NCBI RefSeq assembly: GCF_036365525.1
Contig: NC_090396.1
Span: 2,976,001 to 3,040,000, forward strand
Direction: 5' to 3'
From: Heterodontus francisci
Lineage: Eukaryota
Length of the DNA: 64,000 bases
Shown here: positions 12,370 to 26,063 of the stretch, piece after piece
Layout of the letters: the number at the start of each line of letters is the position of its first letter
Position numbering within the stretch: the stretch's first letter is position 1
Made by a program: the position numbers and the translations under genes
The notes under the pieces: generated by a model
What the model was told of the DNA's origin: nothing
What the model saw: only the letters and a program-made list of their open reading frames with translations
The model's database searches: none

Positions 12370-14200
12370 TGTATCTCCCTATTGCAACTGCTAAAATGCA
12401 TTACCTGACACTTGTTATTGCTAAGTTCCATTTCCATCCATTCACCTCGTCTATCGATGTGCTGTTTCAGATGTAACGTATCATCGCCATCGTTTTGGCA
12501 CCTCCCAGCTTCATGTCGTCAGCAGATTTTGAGATTTACTCCGTGTTCCAAGATCCAAGTCATTTATATTTCTAAAATAAAAACAAACTAGTGCCAGCGC
12601 TGACCCTCGGTGAACACCACTGTCTACCATCTCCCTGTCTAAAAGCAGCATTTACTAGGACTTGCTATTTTCTGCTTTTAAGCCTATATGTTTTGATATA
12701 TTACTGGACACTGACCATCCTGTTCCATAAGCCTTATTTTTTAACAAGCCTTTTATGTGCTGCCTCATCAAATGTTTCCTTTTCATCAATTAAAACAACA
12801 GCCCCCGCATTCCCTCCCTCAACCTGTTGTGTCATGGACACTTTCAATTAGATTATTCAAACCTTATCTGCCTTTACAAAATACATGTTGGCTATCCTTA
12901 ACTGACTGAAACTTCTCTAACTGTCAGTTGATATTTTCCTGGGTCACTATTTCTAAACCCTTACCGACCACTAATGTTACACTAATTGACCTTTACTTGC
13001 TGGGACTGGCATTACACACTTTCGTGAATAAGGCACTTACATTTGGCACTTCACAATCTTCCGGCATCACCCTCGCATCCAGCAAAGATTGGAAGAATAT
13101 AACAACCTCCTCCGCTATCTCCATCCCCACCAATTTTAGTAACCTTGGAGACAAACCATCTGGACCAGGTGCCTTATGTACTACAAGCATAAACAGCCTT
13201 TTTAGCATCTTCTCCTACCATTTTTGTACCGCCTCCATTCTGTCTTCTCTCTCCACTTCCACTGATATTTTGTCAGCCTCCATTCCCTAAGTGAATATTG
13301 TATAACGTAGTCATTAAGTGTATTAGCTTTACCCTGCACATCTAAGTATGTATTATCCTCTGTGTACCTAATAGGCTCCACTTCAACAACTCAACACTTT
13401 TACAACTCACTTAATAGTTACATGCCAGTGAAATATCTTTGCGTTCCCATTTATGTTGGCTGCCATTCCATTCTCATATTCTCTCTTTAGTAGTCTTATT
13501 TTCCTCCTCACCTCTCCCCTTAAATTATTGTAAATGGCCTGGTTCGCACTTGAGTTCACCTGACATGCATCATGTGCCTTATTTTTTGATTGTTTCGTCA
13601 TCATCTATATCTCCTTCATCAACCGAGGAGACATTTGCCTCATTCTGTTACCTTTCACCCTTGGTGGGATATTCCTAACATGTAACTGAAGCACCTCTTC
13701 CTTAAATATAACCTATTGTTCTGATGCAGATCTTCCTGCCAATCATTGGTTCCATTCTTTCAGCCGGATCCATTCTCATTTGTTGAAATTAGCCCCCTTC
13801 CAATCAAGGCACTTTACATTATTTTGTTGTTTGCTTTTCCGCATTACTAGTCGAAAACCTACAATATGATGATCACTCTTACCCAAGTGTTTCTGCATAG
13901 CCGCCGGGTCCACTTGGGCCAGCTTATTTCCCAGCACCAGAGTTCACAGAGCCTCTTTTCTAGTTGGCTGGGAACATGCTGATCAAGGAAGTTCTCCTGA
14001 CATATTTTACAAATTCCTCCCTCTCCTTACTCTTTAATCCAAATTTATCTCAATCAACACTTGGGTCCTTAAAATTCCCCAAACTCACCAATCTTTAGTT
14101 GTTGCACATCTCTGTGATTTCCCTGCGATTTTCTCCTCGACCTCTTTTTTACTAGTTGAAGGCCTAGAGAATACCCCAAGGAGAGCAATCATGCACTTTC
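12370..14200 (-). mobile_element. Highly decayed CR1 ORF2 fragment
   Basis: KAPGPDGLSPRLLK, NKCQVMHF and GVFSRPSTSKKEVEEKI remnants in broken frames. Confidence 0.75.
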
Positions 14201-14204
14201 TGCG

Positions 14205-14810
14205 TTGTCCTGGGTGATGGCAAGCTTCTTGAGTGTTTGTTGGAGCTACAACCATCCAGGCAAGTGGAGAGTATTCCATCACACTCTTGACTTGAGCCTT
14301 GTAGATGGTGGATAGGCTTTGACGTGTCAGAAGATGATTTACTAACAGCAGGATTCCCAGCCACTGACCTGCTTTTGTAACCATTGCATTTATGTGGCTA
14401 CTCCAGTTCAGTTTCTGGTCAATGGTAACCCCCAGGTTGTTGATAGTGGGGAATGCAGTGATGGCAATACATTGAACATCAGGGGGAGCTGGTTAGATTC
14501 TCTCTTGTTTGAGATGGTCAATGATTTTGCATTTGTGTGGCACGATTGTTACTTGTCGCTTATCAGCCCAAGACTGGATTTTGTCCAGGTCCTGCTGCAT
14601 CCGGACATGAACGGCTTCAGTATCTGAGGAGTCGTGAATGGTGCTGAACATTGTGCCAACATCAGCGAACATCCCCACTTCCAACCTTTTTATGGAGGAA
14701 TGGTCATCGATGAAGCAGCTGAAGACGGTTGGCCTTAGGACATTACCCTGAGTAACACCTGCATTGATGTCATGGGAATGAGATGATTGACCTCCAGCAA
14801 CCACAACCAG
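14205..14810 (-). mobile_element. LINE RT fragment of a second CR1/L2-group family
   Basis: INAGVTQGNVLRPTVFSCFIDD, MFADV, IQSWADKRQV, IYKAQVKSVMEYSPLAW. Confidence 0.78.
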
Positions 14811-14811
14811 C

Positions 14812-15714
14812 ACTTCCTCAGTACTGCACATCGACAGGGCAGTGATCCCTCATTACTACCCCTTTTCCAATGCAGCTCTCCCACAGTACTGACCCTCTGA
14901 CAGTGCAGAACGCCCTCAGTACTGACCCTCCGACAGTGCAGAACGCCCTCAGTACTGACCCTCCGACAGTGCAGCACTCCCTCAGTACTGCACATCGACA
15001 GGGCAGTGATCCCTCATTACTACCCCTTTTCCAATGCAGCACTCCCACAGTACTGACCCTCTGACAGTTCAACATTCCCTCAGTACTGACCCTCTGACAG
15101 TGCAGAACGCCCTCAGTACTGACCCTCTGACAGTGCAGCACTCCCTCAGTACTGACCCTCTGACAGTGCAGCACTCCCTCAGTACTGACCCTCTGACAGT
15201 GCAGAACGCCCTCAGTACTGACCCTCCGACAGTGCAACACTCCCTCAGTACTGACCCTCTGACAGTTCAACATTCCCTCAGTACTGACCCTCTGACAGTG
15301 CAGCACTCCCTCAGTACTGACCCTCGGACAGTTCAACATTCCCTCAGTACTGACCCTCCGACAGTGCAACACTCCCTCAGTACTGACCCTCCGACAGTTC
15401 AACACTCCCTCAGTACTGACCCTCCGACAGTTCAACATTCCCTCAGTACTGACCCTCTGACAGTGCAGAACGCCCTCAGTACTGACCCTCGGACAGTTCA
15501 ACATTCCCTCAGTACTGACCCTCTGACAGTGCAGAACGCCCTCAGTACTGACCCTCGGACAGTTCAACATTCCCTCAGTACTGACCCTCTGACAGTGCAG
15601 AACGCCCTCAGTACTGACCCTCGGACAGTTCAACATTCCCTCAGTACTGACCCTCTGACAGTGCAGAACGCCCTCAGTACTGACCCTCCGACAGTTCAAC
15701 ACTCCCTCAGTACT
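14812..15714. repeat. 33-bp minisatellite (cagtactgaccctctgacagtgcagcactccct), ~27 unit-lengths with higher-order structure
   Basis: Near-perfect 33-bp period giving 11-aa periodic ORFs on both strands; a variant block repeats at 164-bp spacing (14821 and 14985). Confidence 0.95.
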
Positions 15715-18700
15715 GTGAAAGAAACGAGTGGGGAAACCTTCGACGTAAGAGAGAAGTGGTGTGTAACATATTCTGTCAGAGTCTAAGAGTGAAACATATG
15801 TGCATGTGAAAGAGTCTGGCGGAGAGACGATCTGCATGTGAGTGAACTGGTGGTGTAGCACTGTATCGGGACAGCCTGGTAGCAAAACCTTCGATGTGTG
15901 AGAGAACTGGTGGTGTAACAGTTATTCTTTGAGAGAGAGTACTGGCGAAACCATGTGAGTGTGACAGAGTGGCAGTGTAACTCTCAGCGTATGAGAGAGA
16001 CTGCTGGTGTAAAACGCTTTGTTTCAGAGAGACTGGTGGTGCAACTTTCTGAGTGTGAGTGGGAGACTAGTGGTTCCAACTCTGTGTGTGTGAGGGTTTG
16101 GTGGTGTTACCCTCTCTGTGTGCAAGAGACTGGTGCAGTAACCCATTTGTCTGTGTGAGAGAATGAGACTGGTGGCGTACCCCTCAGTGGCTGTGTAGAG
16201 ACGAGTGGTGTAAACATGTGTAAGATAGACTGATCGTATATACCAATGTGTCTGTGAAAGACATGGTGCATCCCTTTGTTTGAGAGAGTGACTGATGATG
16301 TACCGTAATGCATGTGAGAGAGACTGATGGCGTAACCCTGTGTGCGAGAGATTGGAGGGGTAACTGTCCGTGCGTGGGAGAGTCTGGTGCTGCAACCCTC
16401 TGTTTGTGTGAGGCAGACTGCTGGTGTAACATACTGTGAGTCAGAGATAAAGCTGGTATAAACCTTTGTGTGTGAAAGAGAAGTAGTGTGAAATACTGTG
16501 TGTATGATAGATTGTTAGAGTAATCCTGTGTGTGTCAGAGACTGATGGTGCAACCCTCTGTGTGTGCGAAGGGGAGAGATAATGATAACGCCCCACTCCG
16601 TTTGTGAGAAAGAGACTGGTAACTTATCTTCTGTGTCTGAGAGAGCGAGGGCTGCTGTAAACTTAAGTGTGTGAGAGAGACTTGTGGTACAACTCTGTGT
16701 GTGAGAGATTGGTGTTATAACTGTCTGAGTGTGAGAGTCTGGTGGATATTGTGACATAGATTTGTGTTGCACGATAATGTGTGTGAGAGAGTGACGGGTG
16801 GATGGAACCATCTGCTGTGAGGGAAAGCCGTGGTAAAACCATGTGAATGTGAGGGAAGATGGTGGTGCAAAGCTCTGAACGTGGATGAAACAGATGGTGT
16901 GACTGGTGCTTTACCCTACTGTGTGTGGCAGAGACTTCAGTAGTAACCTTCTGTGCGTGCGACCGAGAGAGCATAGTGTAACAATCTGTGTGTGAGAGAG
17001 AATGGTGTTGCAGTCCTATTTTTGTGATATGTGCCGTTAAGGTAATCATCTTTGTGTGTGTGAGAGAGAGTGAAGTAACTCGATGTATGTAGAGTGACTG
17101 GTGGAGTAACTTTCTTTGTGTGAGACAGACTGGTGGTGCAACCCATTATATTTGAGAGAGAATGGTGGCATAACTGTGTGTGAGCGGGAGAGAGAGGCTG
17201 GTGGTGTAAACCTCAGTGCTTGTTAGAGATCGGTGGTGTAATGTTTTGTGTTTCAGAAAGCGTGTTTGGTGGCATTTGCCTGTGCATGTGAGAGAAGGAG
17301 AGAGAGAGAGAGAAGAGAGAGAGAGACAGAGAGAGACAGAGATTGGCCGTGTAACCGTCAGTGTCTGTGATAGACGTGTGTTGTAAAACTGTATGAGAGA
17401 GAAAGGCTGACTAATGTTGTATGCCTCTGTGTCTGTGAAAGAGATGGGTGATGTATCCATATGTACATGACAGAGAGCGTGTTGGTGGACATGAATGCGG
17501 GCGTAAGAGAACTGATGAAGTAACACTATGAGTGTCAGAGGCTAACAGTGTATAGGTGGTAAAAGTGTGTGTGTGTGTGTGTGTGTGGGTATAAGACTGT
17601 TAGTGTAACTTTGCGGAAGAGTGTGAGATTGGCAGTGGAACACTCTGCATGTGGGAGATTTTGATGGTGTAAATTTCTATGTGTCTGTGTGTCACATACT
17701 AATCATGAAACCCTCTGCATGAAAGAGACTGGCGGTGGAAAAACCATCTGCATGTGATAAAGCAGCTGGTATAACCCTGTGTGAGAGATAAATACTGGAG
17801 GTTAAACCATCTGTGTGCGAGAAAACTGGTGGTTTACGTCTGTGTGCGTGAGGGACAAGTGGTAAAAGCTTGTGTGAGAGAGCGCGACTGGTGGTGAAAC
17901 TGTGAGTGCGAGAGAGATTGGTTGTGTCATCTTCTGTGCATGAGACAGGCTGGTGTTGTAAACTTCAGTGTGTGTGCGGCTGTGTGTATGGGTGTGTGAG
18001 AGAGAGAGATAATGGGAGTGTAGGAGAGGGGCTGATGGCGTAGCCCTGAGTTTATGATATAAATTGGTGGTGTAACAGTATGTGTGTGAGAGAGACTGCT
18101 GATGTAACCCTCCGTGAATGAGAGAGACTGGTGCTTTATCGCTCTGTGTGTGAGAACACTCTGTGCGCCAGGGAGGCTGTGTTGCCACACTCTCTCTGCC
18201 GGGGAGAGACTGGTGGTGCAGTCTTCGCAATGCGAGAGCGAGATTGTTGGTGCAAACCACTGTGCAAGAGAGGGTGACTACGTTATATTCGGTTTGTGAG
18301 AAAGTTAACGGTAATATAACTCTGTATGTGAAAGTGACTGATGCCACAACACTCACGTTGTGAGCGAGAATGTTGTCGTAAACCTGTGTCTGTGAGAGAG
18401 AGACTGGTAGTATAAAACTCAATGCCTGGAAGAAACTGGTGGTGTAACGCTCTGAGCGTGTGTGAGAGAAACAGATATGAAGAGAGAATGGTTGTGTAAT
18501 TCAATGCATCTTAGGGACTGATTGTGTGTTTGAGAGAGATTTAAAGGGTAACTATCGATGTGTGAGAGAATCTGATGGTGTACCGCACTGTGTGTTAGAG
18601 TGACAGGTGGAGTACCCTTTCTGTGTCAAGTAACTCACTCATCGTGATTAATATTTTGAAGGGTGTGAGATAGTCCGGTGGTGGGACCTTCCGTGCGTGA

Positions 18701-21380
18701 GCGAGACTGAATTTGTAACCCTTTGTGTGAGAGAGTGAGATTGGTAGTTTAAAGCACTGCGGATCAGAGAGAGACACTACGTGTGAGCGAGAAGGTGTTG
18801 GCATCATAGAATCACAGAATCTTTTCAGCGCAGACAGAGGTCATTCGATCCATCGTGTCTGCACTGGCTCTCCGAATGAGCAACTCGCTCAGTTCCATTT
18901 CCCTGCTTTCTCCCCATAACCTTGCGAATTCTTGCTTTTCATATAACTGTCTAATTCCCTTTTGAATGCTTCAATAGAACCTGCCTCCACCACGTTCTCA
19001 GGCAGCGCATCCAGACTTAACTACTCGCTGCATGAAAAAGTTTTTCCTCATGTCACTTTTGCTTTCTTGCCAAATCCTTTAACTCTTTGACGTTTCGATG
19101 TCGATCATTTCACGAGTGAGAACAGATTCTCTCCATCTCCTCTGTGTGTGCGAGAGAGAATGATAGCACAACACTCTGTGTGTGAGACAGTGGTGGTGTC
19201 ACAATCTGTCTGTGTGTCCGACTGCTGGTGTATCACTCTGTGTGCAAGAGGACTGTTGGCTTAACCATTTGACTGTGACAGTGATATAATGGTGGCGCAA
19301 TGCTGTGTGGGCGAGAGAGAGTATGATGATATAACCCTGTTTTGTGAGAGAGATTTGTGGTGTAACTCTGCCTATGTATGTGAAAGATTGGTGGTGTAAC
19401 ACTGAGACTTGCTGAAACCGTGTGTATGTAAGGGTGACAGGTCGTGTATCAGTGAGTGTGTGAGTGAGATATGTGCTGTAACACTCTGTATGTGCGTGTG
19501 TTTGTACGTGGGAGATGGAGGGGGGGGTGATGCAAACCTCTGTTTGAGAGAAACTGTCTTGTAAACGTGTGTGAAGGAAAATGGTGGTGCTAACCTCTGT
19601 GTGTTAAATAGATTGGTATCGTAACCATGTGGATGTGAGAGGGAGGGCGGGACTTGTGGTGTAACCATTTGCGTCTATGTCAGCCTAGTGGTGTAAAACT
19701 GTGTGTCTGAGAGACTGGTGGCGTTACCTTCCATTTGTGAGAAAGTGAGACTGCTGCTGGAGCAGTCTGTTCGTGAGAGAAAATTGTGGTGCAATTTGCC
19801 GTGTATGAGGGAGAATGTTGGTGAGTCTAGTGGCGTAATGCTGTGTCTGTGAGAGCGAGTGATTGGTCGGATATATCTGCGTATGAGAGAAATACTGGTG
19901 GTGGAACATTCTGTTTGTGCGAACGATACTGGTGGTGTAAACCTTTGTGTTAGTGAGAGTCTGCTGGTGTAACCTTCTGCCTGTGAGAGAAGCCATTGGT
20001 GTAAACATACTTGTGCAAAAGAGACTGGTCGTCTAACATTTGTGTGTGCAAGAGAGGGGTCTAGTTACTGTATGCATCTGAGAGAGGATCCTCGTGTAAT
20101 CCTTTGTGTGTGACAGAACTGATAGTTTAATATTCTGTGTGTGAGATTGAGTGGTGCTGTAACCCGGTTCATTTGTGAGGGAGAGATTTATAGAGTAACC
20201 ATCTGTGTTTGAGAGGCTGGTTGTGTAACCCTCTGTGCGTGATGGAAGCGAGTCTTGCAAATTCCTGTGTGCGCATATGAGTGACTGGTGTTGTAAAGCT
20301 CTTGTTTGTCAGAGAGAATGGTGACATAGTCTTGTCTCTATGAGAGTGAGAGTCTGGTGTTGTACACTTGTGCGTACAAGAGACACAGTGGTGGTGTAGC
20401 AACTGTGTCTGTGAGAGACTGGTGGTGTAACACACGGTGTGTGAAGGAGTCTGGCGGCATAATTCTCTGAGTTTGCGGGAGGTAGATATACTGGTAGAGT
20501 ATTATCTGCGTGAATAAGAAAGAATGGTGGTGTATCCTTTATGTATGTGAGAAACTGGTGGTGTAAACCACCGTGCGTGACAGAACTGGTGGTGTAACAG
20601 TCTGTGTCTGAAGGAGAGAGAGAGAGATGGGTGGTGTAAAACTCTGTGTGTACGTGAGACACTAGCGCTGTACAGCCTGTATCTGTGACAAACTGCTGGC
20701 GTAGCCTTCTGAGCTGGAACACCTTGTGTGGGAGAGAGACTAGTTGTGTAACACTCAGTGTGGGAGGAACTGTACTGTAAACGTTTGTGGGAGAGACTGA
20801 TTGTGTAACTTTGTGTGTGAGAGAAAGAAAATTGTAGTTTAACGCTCTGTGTGAGAGAGAATAGAGGTGCAGCTACCTATGTGAGAGAGAGAGAGACTGG
20901 TGCTGTAACCCACTATGTGTGAGAAAGATAGGTGGTGCAACCCTCTTTGGGAGAGAAAGACATGTGCGGTAGCACAATGCGTGTGAGAGGGACCTCATGT
21001 GTAATCCTGTGCTTGTGAGAGAGATTGGTAGCATAACTGTGAGCGATAAAGACATTTGGTTTAACTGTCTGTGCATAAGAGACAGATTGGTGGTGAAACC
21101 GTGAGTGTGCGGGACTGGCGGTGAAACATAAGGTGTGTTAGAGAAAGACTGGTGCTGTAATCCAGGGTCTCCGGGAGAGATTGGTGATATAACCCTCTGT
21201 GTGTGGGAGAGACTGGTGGTGCTACACTCTATGTGTGAGAAAGAGGATGGTAGCGCAAACCTCGGTGAGAGAGAGAACTGGTGGTTTTACATTCTCTCTG
21301 TACGATCGACTGGTGTTGTAAAACTGGGTACATAAGAGGGAAAGACTGGTGGTGTAAACCATCTTGTCAGTGAAAGTCTG
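15715..21380. repeat. 5.6-kb degenerate ~31-bp GT/GA-rich satellite (gtgtgagagagactggtggtgtaaccctct)
   Basis: gagagactggtggtgtaac core recurs about every 30-33 bp; ORFs in the region are low-complexity. Confidence 0.85.
18806..19143 (-). mobile_element. CR1 3'-end fragment inserted in the satellite
   Basis: Starts with reverse tail atagaatcacagaatc and reads as CR1 ORF2 C-terminus and 3' UTR. Confidence 0.75.
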
Positions 21381-21384
21381 GTAT

Positions 21385-24300
21385 CATAGAAAGTTTAAGG
21401 CACAGAAAGAGGCCACTTGGCCCATTGTGTCTGTACTGACCGAGAAAGATTCACGTATTCTAATCCCACCTTCAAGAATTTGGTCCGCAGCCCTGCAACT
21501 TACGGTACTTGCTGTGCATATCCTGACTCCTTTTGAATGAGTTGAAGGTTTCTGCCTCAACTACCCTTTCAGGTAGTAAGTCCATCACTACCCTCTGGGG
21601 AAAAAGCTTTTCCTTCTTGAAACGGTATGCAGATAGTCCAACTAGGGATGGGGCCATTCTGACCCTGGTATTGGGGAATGAGCCTGGCCAGGTGGTCGAA
21701 GTTTCAGTGGGGGAGCATTTCGAGAGCAGTGACCATAATTCCATAAGTTTTAAGGTACTTGTGAATAAGGATAAGAGTAGTCCTCGGGTGAAGGTGCTAA
21801 ACTGGGGGAAGGCTAATTATAACAATATTAGGCAGGAACTGAAGAATTTAGATTGGGGGCGGCTGTTTGAGGGTAAATCAACATCTGACATGTGGGAGTC
21901 TTTCAAACGTCAGCTGATTAGAATCCAGGAGCAGCATGATCCTGTGAGGAAGAAAGACAAGTTTGGCAAGTTTCGGGAAGCTTGGATAACACGGGATATT
22001 GTGAGCCTAGTCAAAAAGAAAAAGGAAGCATTTGTAAGGGCTGGATGGCTAGGAACAGATGAAGCACTTTGAGGAATATAAAGACAGTAGGAAGGAACTT
22101 AAGCAAGGAGTTAGGAGGGCTAAAAGGGGTCATGAAAAGCCATTTGCAAACAGGATTAAGGAAAATCCCAAGGCGTTTTATACATATATAAAGAGCAAGA
22201 GGGTAACCAGGGAAAGGGTTGGCCCACTCAAGGACAGAGATGGGAATCTATGCGTGGAGCCAGAGGAAATGGCTCAGGTGCTAAATGAGCACTTTGCATC
22301 AGTATTCACCAAGGAGAAGGACTTGGTGGATGATGAGCCTAGGGAAGGGAGTGTAGATAGTCTCAGTCATCTCATTATCAAAAAGGAGGAGGTGTTGGGT
22401 GTCTTGCAAAGCATTAAGGTAGATAAGTCCCCAGGGCCTGATGGGATCTACCTTAGAATACTGAGGGAGGCAAGGGAAGAAATTGCTGAAGCCTTGACTG
22501 AAATCTTTGCATCCTCATTGGCTACAGGTGAGGTCCCAGAGGACTGGAGAAGAGCCAATGTTGTTCCTTTGTTTAAGAAGGGTGGTAAGGATAATCCAGG
22601 AAATTATAGGCCGGTGAGCCTTCCGTCAGTGAGAGGGAAACTATTAGAGAGGATTCTTCGGGACAGGATTTACTCCCATTTTGGAACAAACAAACTTATT
22701 ATCGAGAGGCAGCATGGTTTTGTGTAGGGGAGGTCGTGTCTTACTAATTTGATTGGGTTTTTTGAGGAAGTGACGAAAATGATTGATGAGGGAAGGGCGG
22801 TGGATGTTGTCTATATGAACTTTATTAAAGCCTTTGACAAGGTCCCGCATGGTAGACTGCTGCAAAAGGTGAAGTCACACGGGATCAGAGGTGAGCTGGC
22901 AAGATGGATACAGAACTGGCTCAGTCACAGAAGACAGTGGGTAACAGTGGATGGGTGATTTTCTGAATGGAGGGATGTGACTGGTGGTGTTCCGCAGGGA
23001 TGAGTGCTGGGACCTTTGCTGTTTGTAGTATATATAAATGATTTGGAGGAAAATGTAGCTGGTCTGATTAGTAAGTTTGCAGACGACACCAAGGTTGGTG
23101 GAGTTGCGGATAATGATGAGGATTGTCAGAGGATACAGCAGGATATAGATCGGTTGGAGACTTGGGCAGAAAAATGGCAGATAGAGTTTAATCCGGACAA
23201 ATGTGAGGTAATGCATTTTGGAAGGTCTAATGCAGATGGGACGTATACAGTAAATGGCAGAACCCTTAGGAGTATTGACATGCAGAGAGATCTGGGCGTA
23301 CAGGTCCATAGGTCACTGAGAGTGGCAACGCAGGTGGATAAGGTAGTCAAGAAGGCATATGGCATGGTTGCCTTCATCGATCGGGGCATAGAGTATAAAA
23401 ATTGGCAAGTCATGTTGCAGCTGTACAGAACCTTAGTTCGGCCACACTTAGAATATTGCGTGCAATTCTGGTCGCCACACTACCAGAAGGACGTGGAGGC
23501 TTTGGAGAGGGTACGGAGGCGGTTTACCAGGATGTGGCCTGGTCTGGAGGGCATTAGCTATGAGGAGAGGTTGGAAAAACTCGGATTGTTTTCACTGGAA
23601 CGACGGAGGTGGAGAGGCGACATGATGGAGGTTTACAAAGTTATAAGCGTCATGGACAGAGTGGATAGTCAGAAGCATTTTCCCAGGGTGGAAGAGTCAG
23701 TTACTAGGGGACATAGGTTAAAGGTGCGAGGGGCAAAGTTTAAAGGGGATGTGCGAGGCAAGTTTTTTACACAGAGGGTGATGAGTGCCTGGAACCTGCT
23801 GCCAGGAGAGGTGGTGGAAGCAGATACGATAGCGACATTTAAGAGACATCTTGACAAATATATGAACAGGAAGGGAAAGGAGTGATATGGGCTCCGCAAG
23901 TGCAGAAGGTGTTCGTTTCGGCAGGCATCAAGTTCAGCGCAGGCTTGGAGAGCCGAATGTCCTGTTCCTGTGCTGTACTCTTCTTTGTTTTCTCCCCTCT
24001 GATTTTTCTAACAATCACTTTGAATCTTTGACCCCAAGTCACTGACCTCTCTGCTAAGCTGAATAGGCCCTAAACCTTCACTGTATCCAGGCTCCTCATA
24101 ATAATTTCAATCACATTTCCCCTCACCTTCTTTCTTCCAAGGAGACAACCCCAGCCTATCCAACCTTTCCTCAAAGCTGCATTTTTGCAATCATGGCAAC
24201 ATCTTCATAAATCTCCTCTGTACCCTCTTTAGTGTAATTACATCCTTTCTGTAATGAGGTGACCAGAACTGCACACAGTAACCAAGTCGTGGCCTAAGCA

Positions 24301-24590
24301 ATCTGTTAGACAGTTCCAGCATAACCTCCCTCCTCCTTTATTCTTTACCTCGGCTAATAAAGGAAAGGATTCCATCTGCCTTCGTAACCACGTTATCGAC
24401 CTGTCCTGTTACATTCAGGAATCTGTGGCCATTTATTCCAAGGTCCTTACTTCGTATATACTTTTCAGTGTTTTCCCATTAATCGTGCATTCTTTGCCTT
24501 GTTTAACCTCACCAAATGCATCAGCTCACACTTCTCCAAGTTGAATTTCATTTACCGCTTTTCTGCCCTCCGGACCAGACAATCAATATC
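21385..24590 (-). mobile_element. Older CR1 3' fragment split by a younger CR1 (halves ~21385-21615 and ~23990-24590)
   Basis: KLFPQRVVM..LPERVVEAETFNSFKR at 21472-21610 is continued upstream by MTWGQRFKVIVRKIRGE at ~24000. Confidence 0.72.
21618..23990 (+). mobile_element. CR1 LINE, 5'-truncated, ORF2 with several stops and frameshifts
   Basis: [60 protein letters not shown]; 3' UTR ends ctgtgctgtactcttctttg. Confidence 0.93.
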
Positions 24591-26063
24591 AGCCACGGGT
24601 GAGGTACCGGACCACTGGGGGATAGCTAATGTTGTGCCTGTATTAAAGAAGGGCAGCAGGGATAAGCCAGGGAACTACAGGCCGGTGGGGATTATATCAG
24701 AGGTGGGAAAGTTAATGGAAGGGATTCTGAGAGACAGGATTTATATGCGTCTGGAAAGGCATGGTCTGATTCGGGATAGTCAACATGGCTTTGTGTGTGG
24801 GAAATCATATCTCACGAATGTGATTGAGTTCTTCGAGGAGGTGACCATGAGGATTGACGAGGGCAGGCCGGGGAATTTGTCTACGTGGACTTTAGCAAGG
24901 CATTTGACAATGTTCCACATGGTAGGCTGGTTCAGAAGGTTTGAACAGATGGGATCCAGGGTGAACCAGCAAATTGGATACAAAACTGGCATGGTGATAG
25001 AAGCAGAGGGCGCTCGTGGAGGGTTGTTTTTCAGATTGGAGGCCGGTGACCAGTGGTGGGCCGCGGGGATCGGTGCTGGGCCCTCTGTTGTTTCTCATAT
25101 ATATTAATGACCTGGATGTGAATGTAAGGGGCATTATTAGAATGTTTGAAGATGATATCAAAATTGGTGGTGTAGTGGACAGTGAAGAAGGTTGTCAAAG
25201 GTGACAACAGGATATGGATCAACTGGGAAAGTGGGCAAGGGATTGGCAAATGGAATTCAACGCAGACAAGTGTGAAGTGATGCATTTTGGGAAGTTAAAC
25301 GAGGGAAGGACATATCCAGTGAATGTCAGGGCCCTGGGGAGTGTTGTTGAGCAGAGAGACCTTGGGGTGAAATACATAGTTCCCTGAAAGTGGCAAAACA
25401 GGTAGACAGGGTGGTGAGGAAGGCATATGGCATGCTTGCCTTCATCGGCCGAGACATTGAGTACAAGAGTTGGGACGTCATGTTACAGTTGTACATAACA
25501 TTGGTTAGGCTGCATTTGGAGTACTGTGTGCAGTTCTGGTCGCCGCACTACAGTAAAGATGTGATTAAGCTAGAGAGGGTGCAGAAAATTTTCACAAAGA
25601 TGTTGCCTGGTTTGGAGGGCTTGAGTTATAAATAGAGATTTGAAAGGCTGGGTCTCCTTTCCCTGGAGCGAAGAAGGCTGAGAGGGGACATGATAGAGGT
25701 ATATAAAATTATGAGCGGCATAGATAGGGTAGATAGCCAAAGTCTGGTTCCCATGGTAGGGGTGACTAAAACTAGAGAGCATAGATTTAAGGTGAGAGCG
25801 AGGACGTTTAAAGGGATCAAAGGGGTAAATTTTTCACACCAAGTATAGTGGGTATCTGGAATGATCTTCCTGGGGAGGTGGTGGAGGCAGGAACAGTAGC
25901 GATATTTCAGAGGCATCTAGACAGGTACTTGAATGAGCAAGTCATTAGAGGGATATGGAATTAATGCTGGCAGGTGGGATTAGTATAGATAGGTGTTGTG
26001 GTCGGCATGGACACGGTGGGCCGAAGGGCCTGTTTCTATGCTGTACGACTCTATGACTCGATG
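24590..26063 (+). mobile_element. CR1 LINE, 5'-truncated, decayed
   Basis: ATGEVPDHWGIANVVP, QHGFVCGKS, HLEYCVQFWSP; tail gggccgaagggcctgtttctatgctgtacgactctatgactc. Confidence 0.9.

Noticed and set aside
14812-15885. CRISPR array, or 355-aa and 250-aa repeat proteins
   Set aside because: No unique spacers, no cas genes, vertebrate context. The ORFs follow from a stop-free 33-bp unit.
17195-17210. Chi-like GCTGGTGG in the satellite core
   Set aside because: Chi is specific to bacterial RecBCD, and most units read ACTGGTGG.
15955-21335. Numerous His/Thr/Ser-rich ORFs
   Set aside because: Translations of the GT/GA satellite with no domain or splice structure.
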